The notes beneath the pieces are model-generated. The model had not been told where the DNA came from, searched no databases, and saw only the letters and a list, made by a program, of their open reading frames with translations. A DNA stretch of 64,000 nucleotides from Podarcis muralis (taxonomy: Eukaryota): the NCBI RefSeq assembly GCF_964188315.1, contig NC_135666.1, forward strand, positions 18,228,001 to 18,292,000, given 5' to 3'. The position numbers and the translations under genes are program-made. Positions 11,511 through 24,600 of this stretch are shown in pieces; positions within the stretch are counted from its first letter, which is position 1; each line of letters starts with the position of its first letter.

Positions 11511-11984
11511 CAAAAGTTCAGCTATATGTGCCTTGAACTACTTTCTTTGTCGGTCCTGAATCTGACAGGATTCCAGCTAAGGATAATTGCAAGAGAAGAT
11601 AAGAGGGCCAAACATTTGAGGCAGGGGGACAGGGGGACAGGCTCCAAGCAATGTTGTAATGGTGCCTAGGAATTCTGAAGTTTAGATGTGGTCAGGAATG
11701 GCTCCTAAAAGTTTCTTGGAATCCATATTATCTTGTGATGCCCTGCTTCTCCCATTCTTTGGACTGGAAAACCATGAACAAGTGGGAGGAACAGAGAACA
11801 CAGAGATGCAATATCACACTAAACAAGCTCTGTTTCCATGTTCTCCCTCACCTGGGATCAGATTTCTCTCCAGCTAATGATCTAGCAGCAAACCGTTGTT
11901 TCCCGTTGCAGTTGAATGGCAAACAACGTTTCACTACTAAATCAGAAGTGAAAGGGAAAATCATTTAGACATTAGCCGGATTAT

Positions 11985-12200
11985 TGTAAAAACTCACAGT
12001 TTCTAAAACATATATAAAATAGATGAGGAAAAGAATAAATAGAGTCAATTGGGATATGCAGAAGAAGAAAAAAGAGGATAAATTCACAGAACCACTGAAA
12101 GAGGCGGAAGGAAGTCAAGGTTTGAAATGTGAGAATTGTTTTTAAAAAATTGAAATGTTTGTTATAAATGAAAATTATAAATAAACTTATTTTTAAAAAA
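11985..12200 (+). mobile_element. L1-type LINE 3' end remnant
   Basis: A-rich sequence ending gtttgaaatg...ataaacttattttt aaaaaa, resembling the 3' ends of the L1 copies at 38201 and 49022. Confidence 0.4.
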
Positions 12201-12279
12201 GAAGTAGTAAAAGGGAAAATCAAAGACCACCTGAAAACAGTTCGGCATTATGTCTGAACCTATATATTTAAAAGGTGTA

Positions 12280-12469
12280 CAGTTACGTTTGCTTCACATT
12301 GCGGCTTTTCAGGTTACGAACGCGGCAAACCCTGAAGTGTTTACTTCCAGGTTCACTGCGAGCATACACACACAAGCGCTCTATCGTGCTTCGTGCATGC
12401 GCAGTAGCGGCACTCTACTTGCGGACTTTTCCCCAAAACGGATCGCATTCGTAAGTAGAGATACCACTG
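12280..12469. mobile_element. Degenerate Tc1/mariner (Tigger-like) MITE
   Basis: ta|cagttac ... gataccactg|ta ends. Internal ttcaggttacgaacgcggcaaacc...gtttacttcc is shared with 19049-19325. Confidence 0.6.
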
Positions 12470-12996
12470 TACACTAATAGATTTCTCAGTACCTTTCAAA
12501 CTACAAATCTTGGAATCATCGAAAGGAGGGAAAATTGCTTTTTCCAGTGCAGTTCATAGCACTACAGTCCTACACAACTTGTGAACCACCGAGGCGAACA
12601 GAGAACACCCCCATCCACCTCCTTTATGAAGTTTTCAAGACCCCCGTCATCCATGGCTGCTGAGCCGCACTCAGCTTGGTGAGTAATAAGTCATGTGCTC
12701 TATTTGGCAATAGTAGTAGAGATTTGAGAAAGTCCAGGTCAGGGCTCTCGCTTATGAGGTGACTGCGAGAATAAGATATATGCCAGGGGTGGGGAACTTC
12801 AGGCCTAGGGACCAAATATGGCCCCTACAGACCTCTCTATCCAGCCCTCAGAACTGTTTCCGGGCTGCACACTCTTCCAAGCCGCATCTCTTGCCAGCCC
12901 TGCTCTGCACCCTCCCTGCGTGTTCTGCCTTGCTGGAATGTGTCCTTGAACTCTAATAAGACTGCTTGCTTGTCTGGGTGGAGGATAAAGATAAGT

Positions 12997-12998
<2 letters not shown>

Positions 12999-13042
<44 letters not shown>
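12999..13042. repeat. (GT)22 microsatellite
   Basis: Direct reading. Confidence 0.95.
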
Positions 13043-13046
<4 letters not shown>

Positions 13047-15143
13047 CTAGGTTACTACTCCATGAACTTTTAAGGGGGAAAAACATGTAATTTCATCCAA
13101 TGACAGATTTATCTGCTAAACGAGTTGATTCATAATGGCATTAGCCTAACATTTTCATCTGCAGGAAATTCCCAGCCCTTAAAAGGTCTCCTGGGTCAAC
13201 ATTCCCCATGTTAAGATGAACAAAGCTATTCCTTCTGTCTTAACTGAAAACACCAAAGAAAAGTTCCCAACAGGCCACAGCTTTATTTGATATGCAAAAC
13301 AAGACTGCATTCTCTAACTTCTCATAAACATAGTGTTGTTCTTAGCATGCCAAGTTGTAGGAGAGAGTACAGGAGCGTGGTTTTATATTTGACCTCCTAA
13401 GATAAAAGGGTAGGATAACAATGCAGTGAACTAATAATAAAATACTCACAGGTATAGGAGGGTTTCAGCACATGCTCGTCTTGCTCAAATCAGATTCCTC
13501 CTGCCTTCTACACCAGGGGTTACCAAGCCACAGTCCACAAACCACCAGCGGTCTGCAAGCTTCACTCAGGGCGCCCTCAGGGCGCCTGTGAATGTGCAGC
13601 TGAAGATGGGAGGTGGCACATCCATTGCACAAAACATTCAGTTTGATTTTTACTTGGATTCTTATTTCTTCTTATATTTCTTATATTATATTAAGATTTT
13701 AATTGTGTGGAAATCGTACAGCATCTAACACGGCCCATTACAATTGCTACAACAGGCAGAAAAACAATGAAGTGGTCCAGCAAGAACATAAGCAATTTTC
13801 AAGCGGTCTTTGGGGGTGGGGTTTGGGGAACCACTGTTCTACATGATTGTAAAAGACAGTATTTTAAAACACAGATCTGCCACCTTCCTATCTAATTTGG
13901 ACCCAAATGAAACCCCAGCAACTCAGCTGACACCAAGTTGTCGCTTTTGCTAAAAGGCAGCGGCAACAAATAGGGTCATAAACCAACAAACCTACACATG
14001 CTGACTCAGAAGTACCCCTCTATTCAGAGTGATCTATGCACATGTAAGTGTACATAGAACTGCATCCTGGAAGATTTTATTTTTCCCTGTGTTATTTCTT
14101 CAACAACTGCTTCAGCAATATAAAAGCATTGCAATTTCCATTTCCAGAACTGACCAAGGCGGGAAGGAGTCAAAGAAGGTTCACACTTGTTTTATTTTTT
14201 GCAGCCAAGGCAATCTCCTGCTAGTTCATGCCAAGCGAAGGCAAAGCTATTCAGCAGCCTTTTACGCCATCATATCTTTCACCAGGTATTCCAAGCTAGC
14301 ACACTGTATTCCAACCAAGGCTGGATTAGCCCAGCATGATTTACACAGGGAGAGATGCTTGTCAGAATGACTGCTAGCAACAGGAATGCTCATAACAGCA
14401 GGTGAGGCTCAGGAAGCAGCTCAGGCAATTTGGGCAATTTCCCACAAAGGGCCTTGTTTCAACAATCATATGGAAGTTACCACTCTTAACACGTGCTGGG
14501 AGAAGCACACGGTGCAAAAGGAAGGAGGGAAAGCATGCTGCCATTTCCTGCAGATTATGTAGTTTAGTACTTTTCCTTCAGTTCAACGATCTCACAGAAA
14601 ACTAAAAAGAACATGTCAGCAGCAGAAGACAACAGAGGCCAAAGGCTGATCACAGTTTTGTGATGCCTTTGGAAGCCAAGCCCAACATTCTGGGTGCTTG
14701 CCCTTCCCTGCTGAAAGTGCCCCACCCCAACGCCAAAGCAGAAAAAGGGGGCCAGATCACCTCCGTAGCACAGTGGTCAAATCCCTCTCAGCCTTGTTTC
14801 CAACCATGGAGTGGGAAAGGGGTGGCGACGGCAGGACAGCTGCCAGAACAAATCCCACCCACTTCTCAGAAAGAAGGAAGGGGTTGTCCTGCTCACCAGA
14901 CAAGACAGTGGCACATAGCACATAGCGAGTGAAAAATGCCACAAAAGACCATTCATCAGGTTCCACAGCTGCAATTCTGTGGCGTTGCATCCCGAGGGTT
15001 GCTGGCCAGGAGGAAACAGTGGGTGTATCAAGCTGAAACATTTGCACCACGGCCCAGAACCTCCCGGTTTAGACAATCAGATGACACCAAACAGCCAATC
15101 CTGTGCCACTGAGTGATCAAAAGCTTACAGTTCTGTCCATTAC

Positions 15144-15762
15144 CCATGGAGGCAGTGAGCGATTTTACTTTCTTGGGCTCCATGATCACTGCAGAGGGTG
15201 ACAGCAGTCACGAAATTAAAAGACGCCTGCTTCTTGGGAGAAAAGCAATGACAAACCTAGACAGTATCTTAAAAAGCAAAGACATCGCCTTGCCAACAAA
15301 GGTCCATATAGTTAAAGCTATGGTTTTCCCAGTAGTGATGTATGGAAGTGAGAGCTGGACCATAAAGAAGGCTGATCGCCGAAGAATTGATGCTTTTGAA
15401 TTATGGTGCTGGAGGAGACTCTTGAGAGTCCCATGGACTGCAAGAAGATCAAACCTATCCATTCTGAAGGAAATCGGCCCTGAGTACTCACTGGAAGGAC
15501 AGGTCGTGAAACTGAGGCTCCAAGACTTTGGCCACCTCATGAGAAGAGAAGACTCCCTGGAAAAGACCCTGATGTTGGGAAAGATGGAGGGCACAAGGAG
15601 AAGGGGATGACAGAGGACGAGATGGCTGGACAGTGTTCTCGAAGCTACCAGCATGAGTTTGAACAAACTGCGGGAGGCCGTGGAAAACAGGAGGGCCTGG
15701 CGTGCTCTGGTCCATGGAGTCACGATGAGTCGGACACGACTAAACGACTAAACAACAACAAC
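15144..15762 (+). mobile_element. RTE/Bov-B LINE, 5'-truncated (RT C-terminus plus 3' UTR)
   Basis: ORF 15113-15610 gives DFTFLGSMITAEGDSSHEIKRRLLLGRKAMTNLDSILKSKDIALPTKVHIVKAMVFPVVMYGSESWTIKKADRRRIDAFELWCWRRLLRVPWTARRSN. The 3' end is gagtcggacacgactaaacgact with a (CAA)n tail. Confidence 0.95.
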
Positions 15763-15851
15763 ATGGGACATATCACCAAAGGAGACCACCAGCTTCTCCC
15801 TCTTTGAACAAGCTACTAACTTGTCTTCTTTTCTGCCTTTTCCAAATGCTG

Positions 15852-16035
15852 CTAATAATTCTTATTATTATTTCTTGTACTCCGCCCATATGACTGAGTT
15901 GCCCTGGCCACTCTGGGTGGCTTCCAACAGACTACAAAAAAAAACCTCCACAGCAAAACATCAAACATTAAAAGCTTCCTGAAACAGGGCTGCCTTCCGA
16001 TGTCGGCGAAAAGTCATATAAAATAATAATTTATC
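15852..16035 (-). mobile_element. L2-type LINE 3' end
   Basis: Contains tccgcccat...gccactctgggtggcttcc...cagggctgccttc, matching 38440-38560. Confidence 0.75.
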
Positions 16036-17466
16036 TCTGGCAATGTTATTTGCCTGCTTGTGGCGCTGAACACCTGACAACCATGTTCAGAAGTCAGAGG
16101 ATCTTTGATAGCGTGGAACAATCACAATTTTTGCACACCCCATGAAATTGTGCAGAATCTGAGGAGGGAGGCGCTTGTGGTGTGCCAAGAAGGAGCCCAA
16201 CAAATGTATCTCCAAGCAAAAGTTATGAACGGAGCTGTGCACCAACATCTCTCCATCTGGCACAACTCTCATAAATGTCAAAGGAGTTTTGCAAAGGAGG
16301 CATCCCTGATGGATTCTGTCCTAAGTGCACTGATGCAGGGCATCAAGAATCACACCTTGATTGGGTTCCTAAAATGCAAAACAAAAGCAACAACAACAAG
16401 GAAGTGTTTTAACTAATCAAAACCTCTTAACTGCAATCTAAAATTCAAGAGGAAAAATTCCTGGGGGTTTCTCTCAAGCTCATTTAGTATAATTGGTCAG
16501 TAAAGGGGTGGTGAATGTATATTGTTAGCTGATTTTTGTTTTAGAATTAACCACACACATAAACATCACTACAGTTCAAATACCTCTAAGGAAAAATTAC
16601 GACCAGCGGAGTGGATGGGGAGTCTCGTTGTTCAACTTGCCTCATTGACTGTAGGCATTAAAGGAGGTCAGTAAGTCATCTGTAGCAAGACTTGGAAGTT
16701 GTGTCGGCACACGCTGACTGAAGAGAGAAATCGCCGGGCAAGCTTCATTCAAACAAATGTGCTGCAGAACTATCTGGCAGGCACAGACAGGGCTCTTACA
16801 TGCAATGTCTAAATAACCATTTCCAAAATGACCATCAAAACAGTATGTAGCCTTGTAGAAGGCAGCTTGGCTTGCACAAAGCTATACTCAGCTTTCTGAA
16901 TGTGAATATTGTTTGTATTTTTTAAAAACACAGTGGTGGTGCAGGGAGGGTGGGGGGATAAGAATGAAAAGCCCCGGGTAGTGTCACCCTGGAGCAGAAG
17001 ACAAAATTATTCAGCTGATATGAACTCCTGTGAAATCTAAAATACACAATTCCTTGAATGGGCCCAGAAATACAGAGAGCCTTTTCTGCTGGATAGGAAC
17101 AATGCTCCTTAGTACCAAAGACGACAAATGGAGCTATATATTTATTTCAGCCCTGGCTTCCTACATTCAACCAAGAAACACTTTCATTTCCTTCCAAAAG
17201 CAACAAGCAAAAAGCTGAAAATGACCCTGGGTGGCAGAGGTGTTAAATCCAACACACCAACAAGCATTCTTGTTTCTATTCTAAATACCTGCGTACATTG
17301 TAGAAACGTTACCTTGTCCTCTGTCTACGACTCTATCTGTATTTTTTGGCTTTGAGGCCAATGCTCCTGCTGAATGCAAAGACCGTATGGTTTCCACCTA
17401 CAGGGTTTACAGAAGAAAATACACATGGAAGGAGAAAGGAATGTTCAGTGGTAGGTCCCTTTTGTC

Positions 17467-17715
17467 CAGGGGTCAACAAACTTTTTCAGCAGCGGGCCAG
17501 TCCACTGTCCCTTGGACTTTGTGGGGGGCCAGACTATATTTGGGGGGGGGGGTGAACAAATTTCTATGCCCCACAAATAACCTAGAGGTGCATTTTAAAT
17601 AAAAGGACACATTCTATTCATGTAAAAACACACTGATTCCCAGACCACCTGCGGGCCAGATTTAGAAGGCGATTGGGCCAGATCCGGCCCCCGGGCCTTA
17701 GTTTGCCTACCCATG
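17467..17715. mobile_element. hAT-type MITE (~250 bp)
   Basis: Ends caggggtcaacaaact / agtttgcctacccatg. 8-bp TSD cttttgtc / cttttgcc. Second copy at 48171-48444. Confidence 0.85.
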
Positions 17716-17724
17716 CTTTTGCCC

Positions 17725-17872
17725 ACAAATTTGATCCCCAGCATCTCCAGGCAGGGCAGGGAAAGACGCCCTTTCTGAAATCCTGAAGATCTGCTACCAG
17801 TCAGTTTAGATGATAATGACCAAGATAGACCCATTGTCTGACTTGGTATAAGACAGATTTCCTTGTTCCTAT
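17725..17872 (+). mobile_element. Old tRNA-derived SINE body fragment
   Basis: Resembles 36283-36465 (catctc...ctgccagtcag...tgacttgg...ttcctatg). Confidence 0.4.
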
Positions 17873-18022
17873 GCTATCCTTATGGGATGATAGGGATTCA
17901 TTGCAGAATACTAACTATGCGTACTAGGAAAGCAGCAGAAGTCATAGAAAAGGTAAGCCCAGAAAGGTCAGGTGAAGGGAGACTTTCTTAACAGGCCTTG
18001 CAATCATCTGATCTCTTGCCTA

Positions 18023-18372
18023 AAGGTAAAGGTAAATGGACCCCTGGCCGTTAGGTCCAGTCGTGGACGACTCTGGGGTTGCGGCGCTCATCTCGCTTTA
18101 CGGGCCAAGGGAGCTGGCATACAGCTTCTGGGTCATGAGGCCAGAATGACTAAGCCGCTTCTGGCAAACCAGAGCAGTGCATGGAAACACCGTTTACCTT
18201 CCCGCCGGAGTGGTACCTATTTATCTACTTGCACTACGTGCTTTCGAACTGCTAGGTTGGCAGAAGCAGGGACTGAGCAATGGGAGCTCACCCCGTCGTG
18301 GGGATTCGACGCCGACCTTCTGATCGGCAAGCCCTAAGCTCTGTGGTTTAACCCACAGCGCCACCCACGTCC
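18023..18372 (-). mobile_element. Sauria SINE (second subfamily)
   Basis: Reverse-complement head and (ACCTTT)n tail. 14-bp TSD tgat(c/a)tcttgccta (18009-18022, 18373-18386). Confidence 0.92.
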
Positions 18373-19048
18373 TGATATCTTGCCTACCTGTTTGGTATTT
18401 TCAGCTCACACTTAATGCTACTGTTTAGTTGAAGGCAGCACACGGTGCTGAGGGGTTTTTGTGTTTATTGTACACTCTGATCCACCCGGCCACTATCGGC
18501 CTCACCTCACCAAAAACTCAAGGCGCCATTTCTTGCCCCATAGAGACCGATGCAGGAGAGACATGTTTTGTTGCAGCCGGGGCAAACAAAGGTGTCTGGT
18601 TGTGCTGCTGCAGATGCACCATGGCGTTTCTTCTCTCTGCGCTCCTCCCAGAAATCATTCCTCCTCTGGACACTGCTATGAATCCTCTCTAAGGATTCTT
18701 AAAACCACATGTTTCTTGAAGGAAGAGGTCCCAAAGAAGGTAGTGTCAGGCTTACAGGAAAGAGCACAGCAGAAAGCAAGAGTAGGAGAAGGCAACCAAA
18801 AGGAGACTAAGGAGAGAGGATGCGGTTATCCAGACCATAACCAAGGCCTGATGCTGACACTGGGCTGTAGCCAACTAACTCCTACTCAGAGTAGCCCCCC
18901 CCCAAATGAATACACCTAAGTTCTCTGTGTTCATTAACTTCAATGGGTCTACTCTGAGTAGGACTAAGCATGGATACAACTCATTGTCCTCATAGTGGGG
19001 ATAGACCTGCATCCTCATTCTTTAACCTTTAGAAGGGACAATCACATA

Positions 19049-19325
19049 CAGTCATACCTCGGGTTACAGACGCTTCAGGTTGTGAGTTTTCGGGTTACGG
19101 ACGCGCCAAAACCCAGAAGTACTGGAATGGGTTACTTCCAGGTTTTGGCGCTCGCGCATGCGCACAAATACTAAATTGCGCTTTGTGCATGCACAGAAGC
19201 ACTGAACCGTGACCCGCGCATGCACAGACGCAGCACTGCGGGTCGCGAACGCTGCAGGTTGCGAACACTGCAGATTGCGAACGTGCCTCCCACACGGATC
19301 ATGTTCGCAACCCGAGCATCCACTG
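19049..19325. mobile_element. Tc1/mariner (Tigger-like) MITE
   Basis: TA at 19047-19048 and 19326-19327. Ends cagtcatacctcgggtt / aacccgagcatccactg. CpG-rich internal repeats explain ORFs 19064-19402. Confidence 0.8.
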
Positions 19326-20249
19326 TACTCTCGGCTGCAGCGCTCACTCCCAGCATTCACCAGTCAGTTCATACCCTTTCCTCTGTGAGCCCCAGAAGGT
19401 GAAACAATCACCAGGTTAAGGCAATTTCTTGGTGCCAGAACTACACACCCACCACTTAGCGCCAACAGCAGCTGCTCATTCATCTAAGTGCCAGCTATTT
19501 TCACTAACTAAGTAACGCGAAAATCAGTCTCGCAGTTTACTTGAGCAGGAGAAGAGGAAGGAGACATGTGACGCAATTATTAGACAGCCGCCATCAAGGG
19601 TGAGGGGGAAGTCACAAATCATGCCCCTGGCACAACCTGGCCCTCACAGTCGTCACATTCTCTAATGAAGAGAGAACTGGCAATTACTGTCAGGGCCAAA
19701 GGGTAGGTTGCTACTTTCAGCAAGTACACTGTCAAGGTATACTGGGCATGAAGCCTCAATTTCACTGTACATTTCCTGCTGGACATATCTGACAGAAATT
19801 CCTTCCTTGCTGGTACACAAAGATAGTACATTGCGATTTACGGCATATATTATTTTTCTGATTGCTCTGCAATGTTTATGAGGTAGGCTTCCAGGTGGGA
19901 ACTGGGAGGGTCTACCTTTCTGCGTGTGGATAAATGAAATGATATATATGATACAAATGTGATAAAGACCCCTTATAGTTATTTTTCCCCTCCATTCTCT
20001 TTTCTTTTCTCTCTCATTTCTTGGGTTTCTTAAAATGTTTGTTATTTGGTTTGATTTTTATTGTATTTATTGAAAACTTTCAATAAAATTGCTTATTTTA
20101 AAAATGAAGCGTTTGTGAACTACTACACATCACAGTATCATCAGTATAAAACAAGAGTGGTATACAATAATAAAAATAAAAAGCAAATACTGCCTGCGAG
20201 TAAACTCATTCTTCTGAGAAAGCCTGTGAAAATGGAAAATAAAAAGGTT

Positions 20250-20640
20250 TTAGCATCTGACAAAATGCATACAGTGTTGGAATCTAACTTCAACAGGCAC
20301 TCTGTTCCATAGGATAGCTGAAGGACCTTGTCCAAGCTGCCATGAAATGAACCTCTGGGGCATGCAGCTCCACAAGGATGACCCCTTGTAGATGACGGCA
20401 GCGGGCAGGAAGGTATATAGACATTGAGGTCATTCCTCAGATATCCTAGTCCCACATTGTTTAGGGCTTTATACGGCAACAGTAAAACCTTAAAACTTGG
20501 CTCGGTAGCGTAATAGCAGCCAGTGTAGTTCCCTCAGCACTGACGTGATGTGTTCACAGAAGACAACCCCAGCCATAAATGAGGGGCTCCCATACATCCT
20601 GCACGAGCTGCAGCTTCCGGACCAAACCTAAGGGCGCACA
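20250..20640 (-). mobile_element. L2-type LINE ORF2 C-terminal fragment
   Basis: Minus-strand translation ELHWLLLRYRAKFKVLLLPYKALNNVGLGYL (LHWLP-type motif). Confidence 0.8.
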
Positions 20641-21159
20641 TATTCACAAGACAGTGCGTAGTCACACATCAAAAAGCTTCTAAGGGAGGAAAAAAGAACA
20701 TGCTCATTTAGAACTCCCAAGCACAAGAAGCCACTGGGCACAGCCATATTTGTTTACACATGGAGGCCATTATTATTATTTTTTAAGGTTGAGCATAATT
20801 AGTACTGTAAGTATAGCGGCTGGACCTGGCACTGGGAAAGCAGTCAAGGAGTTGAGCCCAGTATACCAGCAGATGAACTGAGTGATGTTACTTCATGAAT
20901 ATGCACTCTCTGGTGTGAGCTCCCAAGTAGGGAGACTGTGTGCCATAGATCCCAGTTGAAAACAGAATGCTATAGCAGTACGTGAGTTAAGTTGGGTCTG
21001 TAAAGGAGAAGAAAGCAGAGGCTTCTCATGTAATCCTTATGACTGGAAATGAAAACGCACATTATGCATTATGCTAACTTTCTTGTAGAGATAATGAATT
21101 TAGGTAGATTTTTTTTAAAAGTTATAGAATGTTAATTCTCTTAATGAGGGCTTGCTAGG

Positions 21160-21695
21160 TAGTGACAGCAGTCATGAAATTAAAAGATGCCTGCTTCTTG
21201 GGAGAAAAGCAATGACAAACCTAGACAGCATCTTAAAAAGCAGAGACATCACCTTGCCAACAAAGGTCCGTATAGTTAAAGCTATGGTTTTCCCAGTAGT
21301 GATGTATGGAAGTGAGAGCTGGACCATAAAGAAGGCTGATCGCCGATGCTTTTGAATTATGGTGCTGGAGGAGACTCTTGAGAGTCCCATGGACTGCAAG
21401 AAGATCAAACCTATCCATTCTTAAGGAAATCAGCCCTGAGTGCTCACTGGAAGGACAGATCCTGAAGCTGAGACTCCAGTACTTTGGCCACCTCATGAGA
21501 AGAGAAAAGACCCTGATGTTGTGAAAGATTGAGGGCATAAGGAGAAGGGGATGACAGAGAACGAGATGGTTGGACAGTGTTCTAGAAGCTACCAGCATGA
21601 GTTTGACCAAACTGCAGGAGGCAGTGGAAGACAGGAGTGCCTGGCGTGCTCTGGTCCATGGGGTCACGAAGAGTCAGACATGACTAAACGGCAAC
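21160..21695 (+). mobile_element. RTE/Bov-B LINE fragment with small internal deletions
   Basis: High similarity to 15144-15762. Lacks agaatt near 21348 and gactccctgga near 21505. Confidence 0.93.
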
Positions 21696-24600
21696 GAAGG
21701 GTGGCAGAGGGGAATGACTGGGATAATGTGAGATAATAAATGTGCATCAGCAAAAAGGGGGACAGTGGGACATGTGGTGAGGAAAATTCCTTTAAAGTCA
21801 CTATCAAGACTGTAATGAAACCTTCAATGTTATGTCTGCCTCTACTAGCTCAGGTACAGGCGAGGAGGCTGAGAAAAGGGTCTGTCACTGGAGCTCCCAA
21901 TGGATTCTTATTCCTACTTAAAAATTTTAAAAAAACCACTACTCCAACATAAAGGAGGGAAGAAAGCACCAATTTTGCTTTCTTTACATTCTCAATGACC
22001 TTGCCCAGAGCAAAATGCAAAGTATCTACAGAGAAAGTGAATACATTTTAATCTGCGCATGCAAGTTCATGTACTAACAGAAATGAAGGAGAAATTTTTC
22101 CCTACCCATCCTTCAAAAAAAAAACGACAGGTAAGCAAAAGTCACTGTTAGGTCCTGCAACATAAAATGGATATAGCTAGAAAGGAAATTAGTAATTGAT
22201 TCCAAATCTAAATTGGCTTTCAAGCTACAGAGTCCTCTCTTGTTATCTTCCTCTAACTTAGCCAGAGAGCTCGATGCAATATGGCAGAATTGTGCGTTCA
22301 AACATCTACATTTACCCTAAAGATTTTCAGAACTCATGCAAAGGGGTAGAGACAGAGACACCACATATTCTGTTACTGATTATTTGGAAATTGTGAAGAG
22401 GTCACAGGAATGCAAGAACAATTTGCTAACAGACACCCATACCCATAAATTGCTGAATCAGTAATGCACAAGGGAAACTTCGCAGGGAAACAAACGAACT
22501 TTGATCTGGTTCCTTCACCCACTTCACTCTTCAACTTCCCTGTTCTCTCCACAATGACACTGCTGCACCTGGGAAAATGCAACTATATGCCATCATATAT
22601 AATCCTTTTTATGCAAACTACATAACGATGAACAGCGGCAGAGCACACTGAATAGCCACTTAAGTATTTGCTACTCACTCTTTCTGGCATACACCACGTA
22701 TCCTCATTAACTAACAAGACTAGCAAGGAGTTAATAATCCCTCTTTAAAAAGGAGCAGGTCTCTTCCGTTATACTTTGCTTTACTGCTGCATCCTCCAGG
22801 AATGAAAGCTGAGATTTAAGTTGGTGAAGGTCTTCGCTCTCAAAGCTATTGTTGTATGAGCAGCTTTACAACCACAGGGGCAGAACACTGCCTTTCTAGT
22901 GGCTTTCTAGTGCCTTCCTGCACTTGACATTTAAGTGGCAATGTATGCCAGAAACATTTCAATTTCTACACATTTACTCTTTACACAGTAGCAAGCTTCA
23001 AATATGTAATACAGCTGGTTTTTAAATGAAAAATGAATAAATTATGCATGTGATTTAAATTTACACCCGTACAATGTGCCATGAATTAAGACCACTTTCA
23101 CAGCTCAGTACAATCCAAGGCATAATTTTGTACTTTTTTATTATAAACCCATGGCAAATATGCATATACAAAAAATTTCCTTGGCCGTTTATCAAAGTGG
23201 AAAGAATGGCAAGGTCTTGGCAGCCAGCACCACTCTGCCACTGCAAGCACTGAATCCAGAATGGTTTAAAGAGACAAGAGTTTTTCATGAGATGTGCAAA
23301 CAGAAAAGTTTCTGGCCACCGTTACTACTAAGCTCCCACGGCAACATCTCATGTATGGCAAAACCAATAGGAGAAATTGTGCCATGGTTGCGGAATGACC
23401 ACACAAGCATATCACACAACATAGGTGGAGCACTCAGTTCAATATCAACTATAATATATAAATTTCAGCGATCACATCTGGATGGCATGGTAAGCCATAA
23501 ACCATGGTTTGCTGTGAATAAGCAGCTAGTGCATGCTGCCAAATGGTGCCAACCACAATCCTCCTCTGGTGTAACCAGGAACAACAAACCATTGGTTACT
23601 GGGACATCCAAATCAATCCTCAGAGCTGGTTTCTCTCCAAACCAATCATGATCTGCAAAGGCTTCCTTTGGTTTCCCCCTGGGAGAAACAACCACAATCA
23701 CTAGTCCAAATGCAATGCTAACCCAAGGCTTACGGTTTATTACCCTGCTTGCGCTAAGAAAGGAGTGCAGCAGGAGCACTCAGTAGCCAGAATTAGTATG
23801 GTACTCATTCCCATAGATAAGCCACATGGCTTCCCTTGTCATCCCAATACAGTCAATGTGCGATCCTTTTAACAAAGTATGATCACTTATACATTTTCAA
23901 GTATTCTTATGTGTAGTTATTAAAAATGACTGATATGCCAACTGCCTTACACCTTGTCTGCATATGCCTTGCCCAGACCTCTAACTGAAATAATACACTA
24001 GACATACAATTTATCAGAATTCATTCAATCGTCAACTGCAAGGAAATACAAAAAAAAGTATCAGCAACACTGAAAGGCTCACGTTCCAGATGATGAAATC
24101 ACTCTAGAGTTTGTGTGTACTATATATATAAGAGGAAGACTATATTGTAGCAATACTTTGAAAAACTATAAACATTTTGATTCCTTAACAATGCACTCCA
24201 TCCACAGACTCAATGGAGCTATATGGGTATGTGTCCTGAATATGTTGCAACCCAATCTAACTGAACGTTCCTTTTTATTACATTTTCTTTAAGCAAGCCA
24301 TGCAAAGACTGCAAAACAATCTGTCTGCTGCTCTGAACCCCTGAGTCTTTTGCATCCAGTTCGACAAACCTAAAAGCTCTTGTACAATTCTGCCTTTGAT
24401 CAAAAAGTTTCCCACATACTTGGTTAAAGAAAATAAACTGCCCCTGTCTAGCAAATAAATCATGTTGAAAAACAATCCCCAGTCAAGAGTTGTTCCACCA
24501 TGCACAGAAAATTTAACACGCGATTGACATGCCATTAAAAGGAGGCCTGAATGGATTTTATTAGTGGCCCAGTTATATGGGATGCAGATTTCTGATCCGG

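Noticed and set aside
11890-11931. Imperfect hairpin aaccgttgttt...aaacaacgttt as a possible miRNA
   Set aside because: About 42 nt is too short for a pre-miRNA, and there is no other support.
16601-16717. Possible 117-nt cassette exon in CCNY intron 1 (tttctctcttcag ... gtaatt)
   Set aside because: Weak donor, a stop in the exon-1 frame, and no likeness to CCNY exon 2. Chance matches are expected in 30 kb.
19064-19402. Cluster of overlapping Cys/Arg-rich ORFs
   Set aside because: They largely overlap the CpG-rich MITE at 19049-19325.
23151-23651. 166-aa plus-strand ORF
   Set aside because: No recognisable domain or splice context, antisense to CCNY intron 1, and it includes the aaaccatggttt palindrome seen in dispersed repeats.
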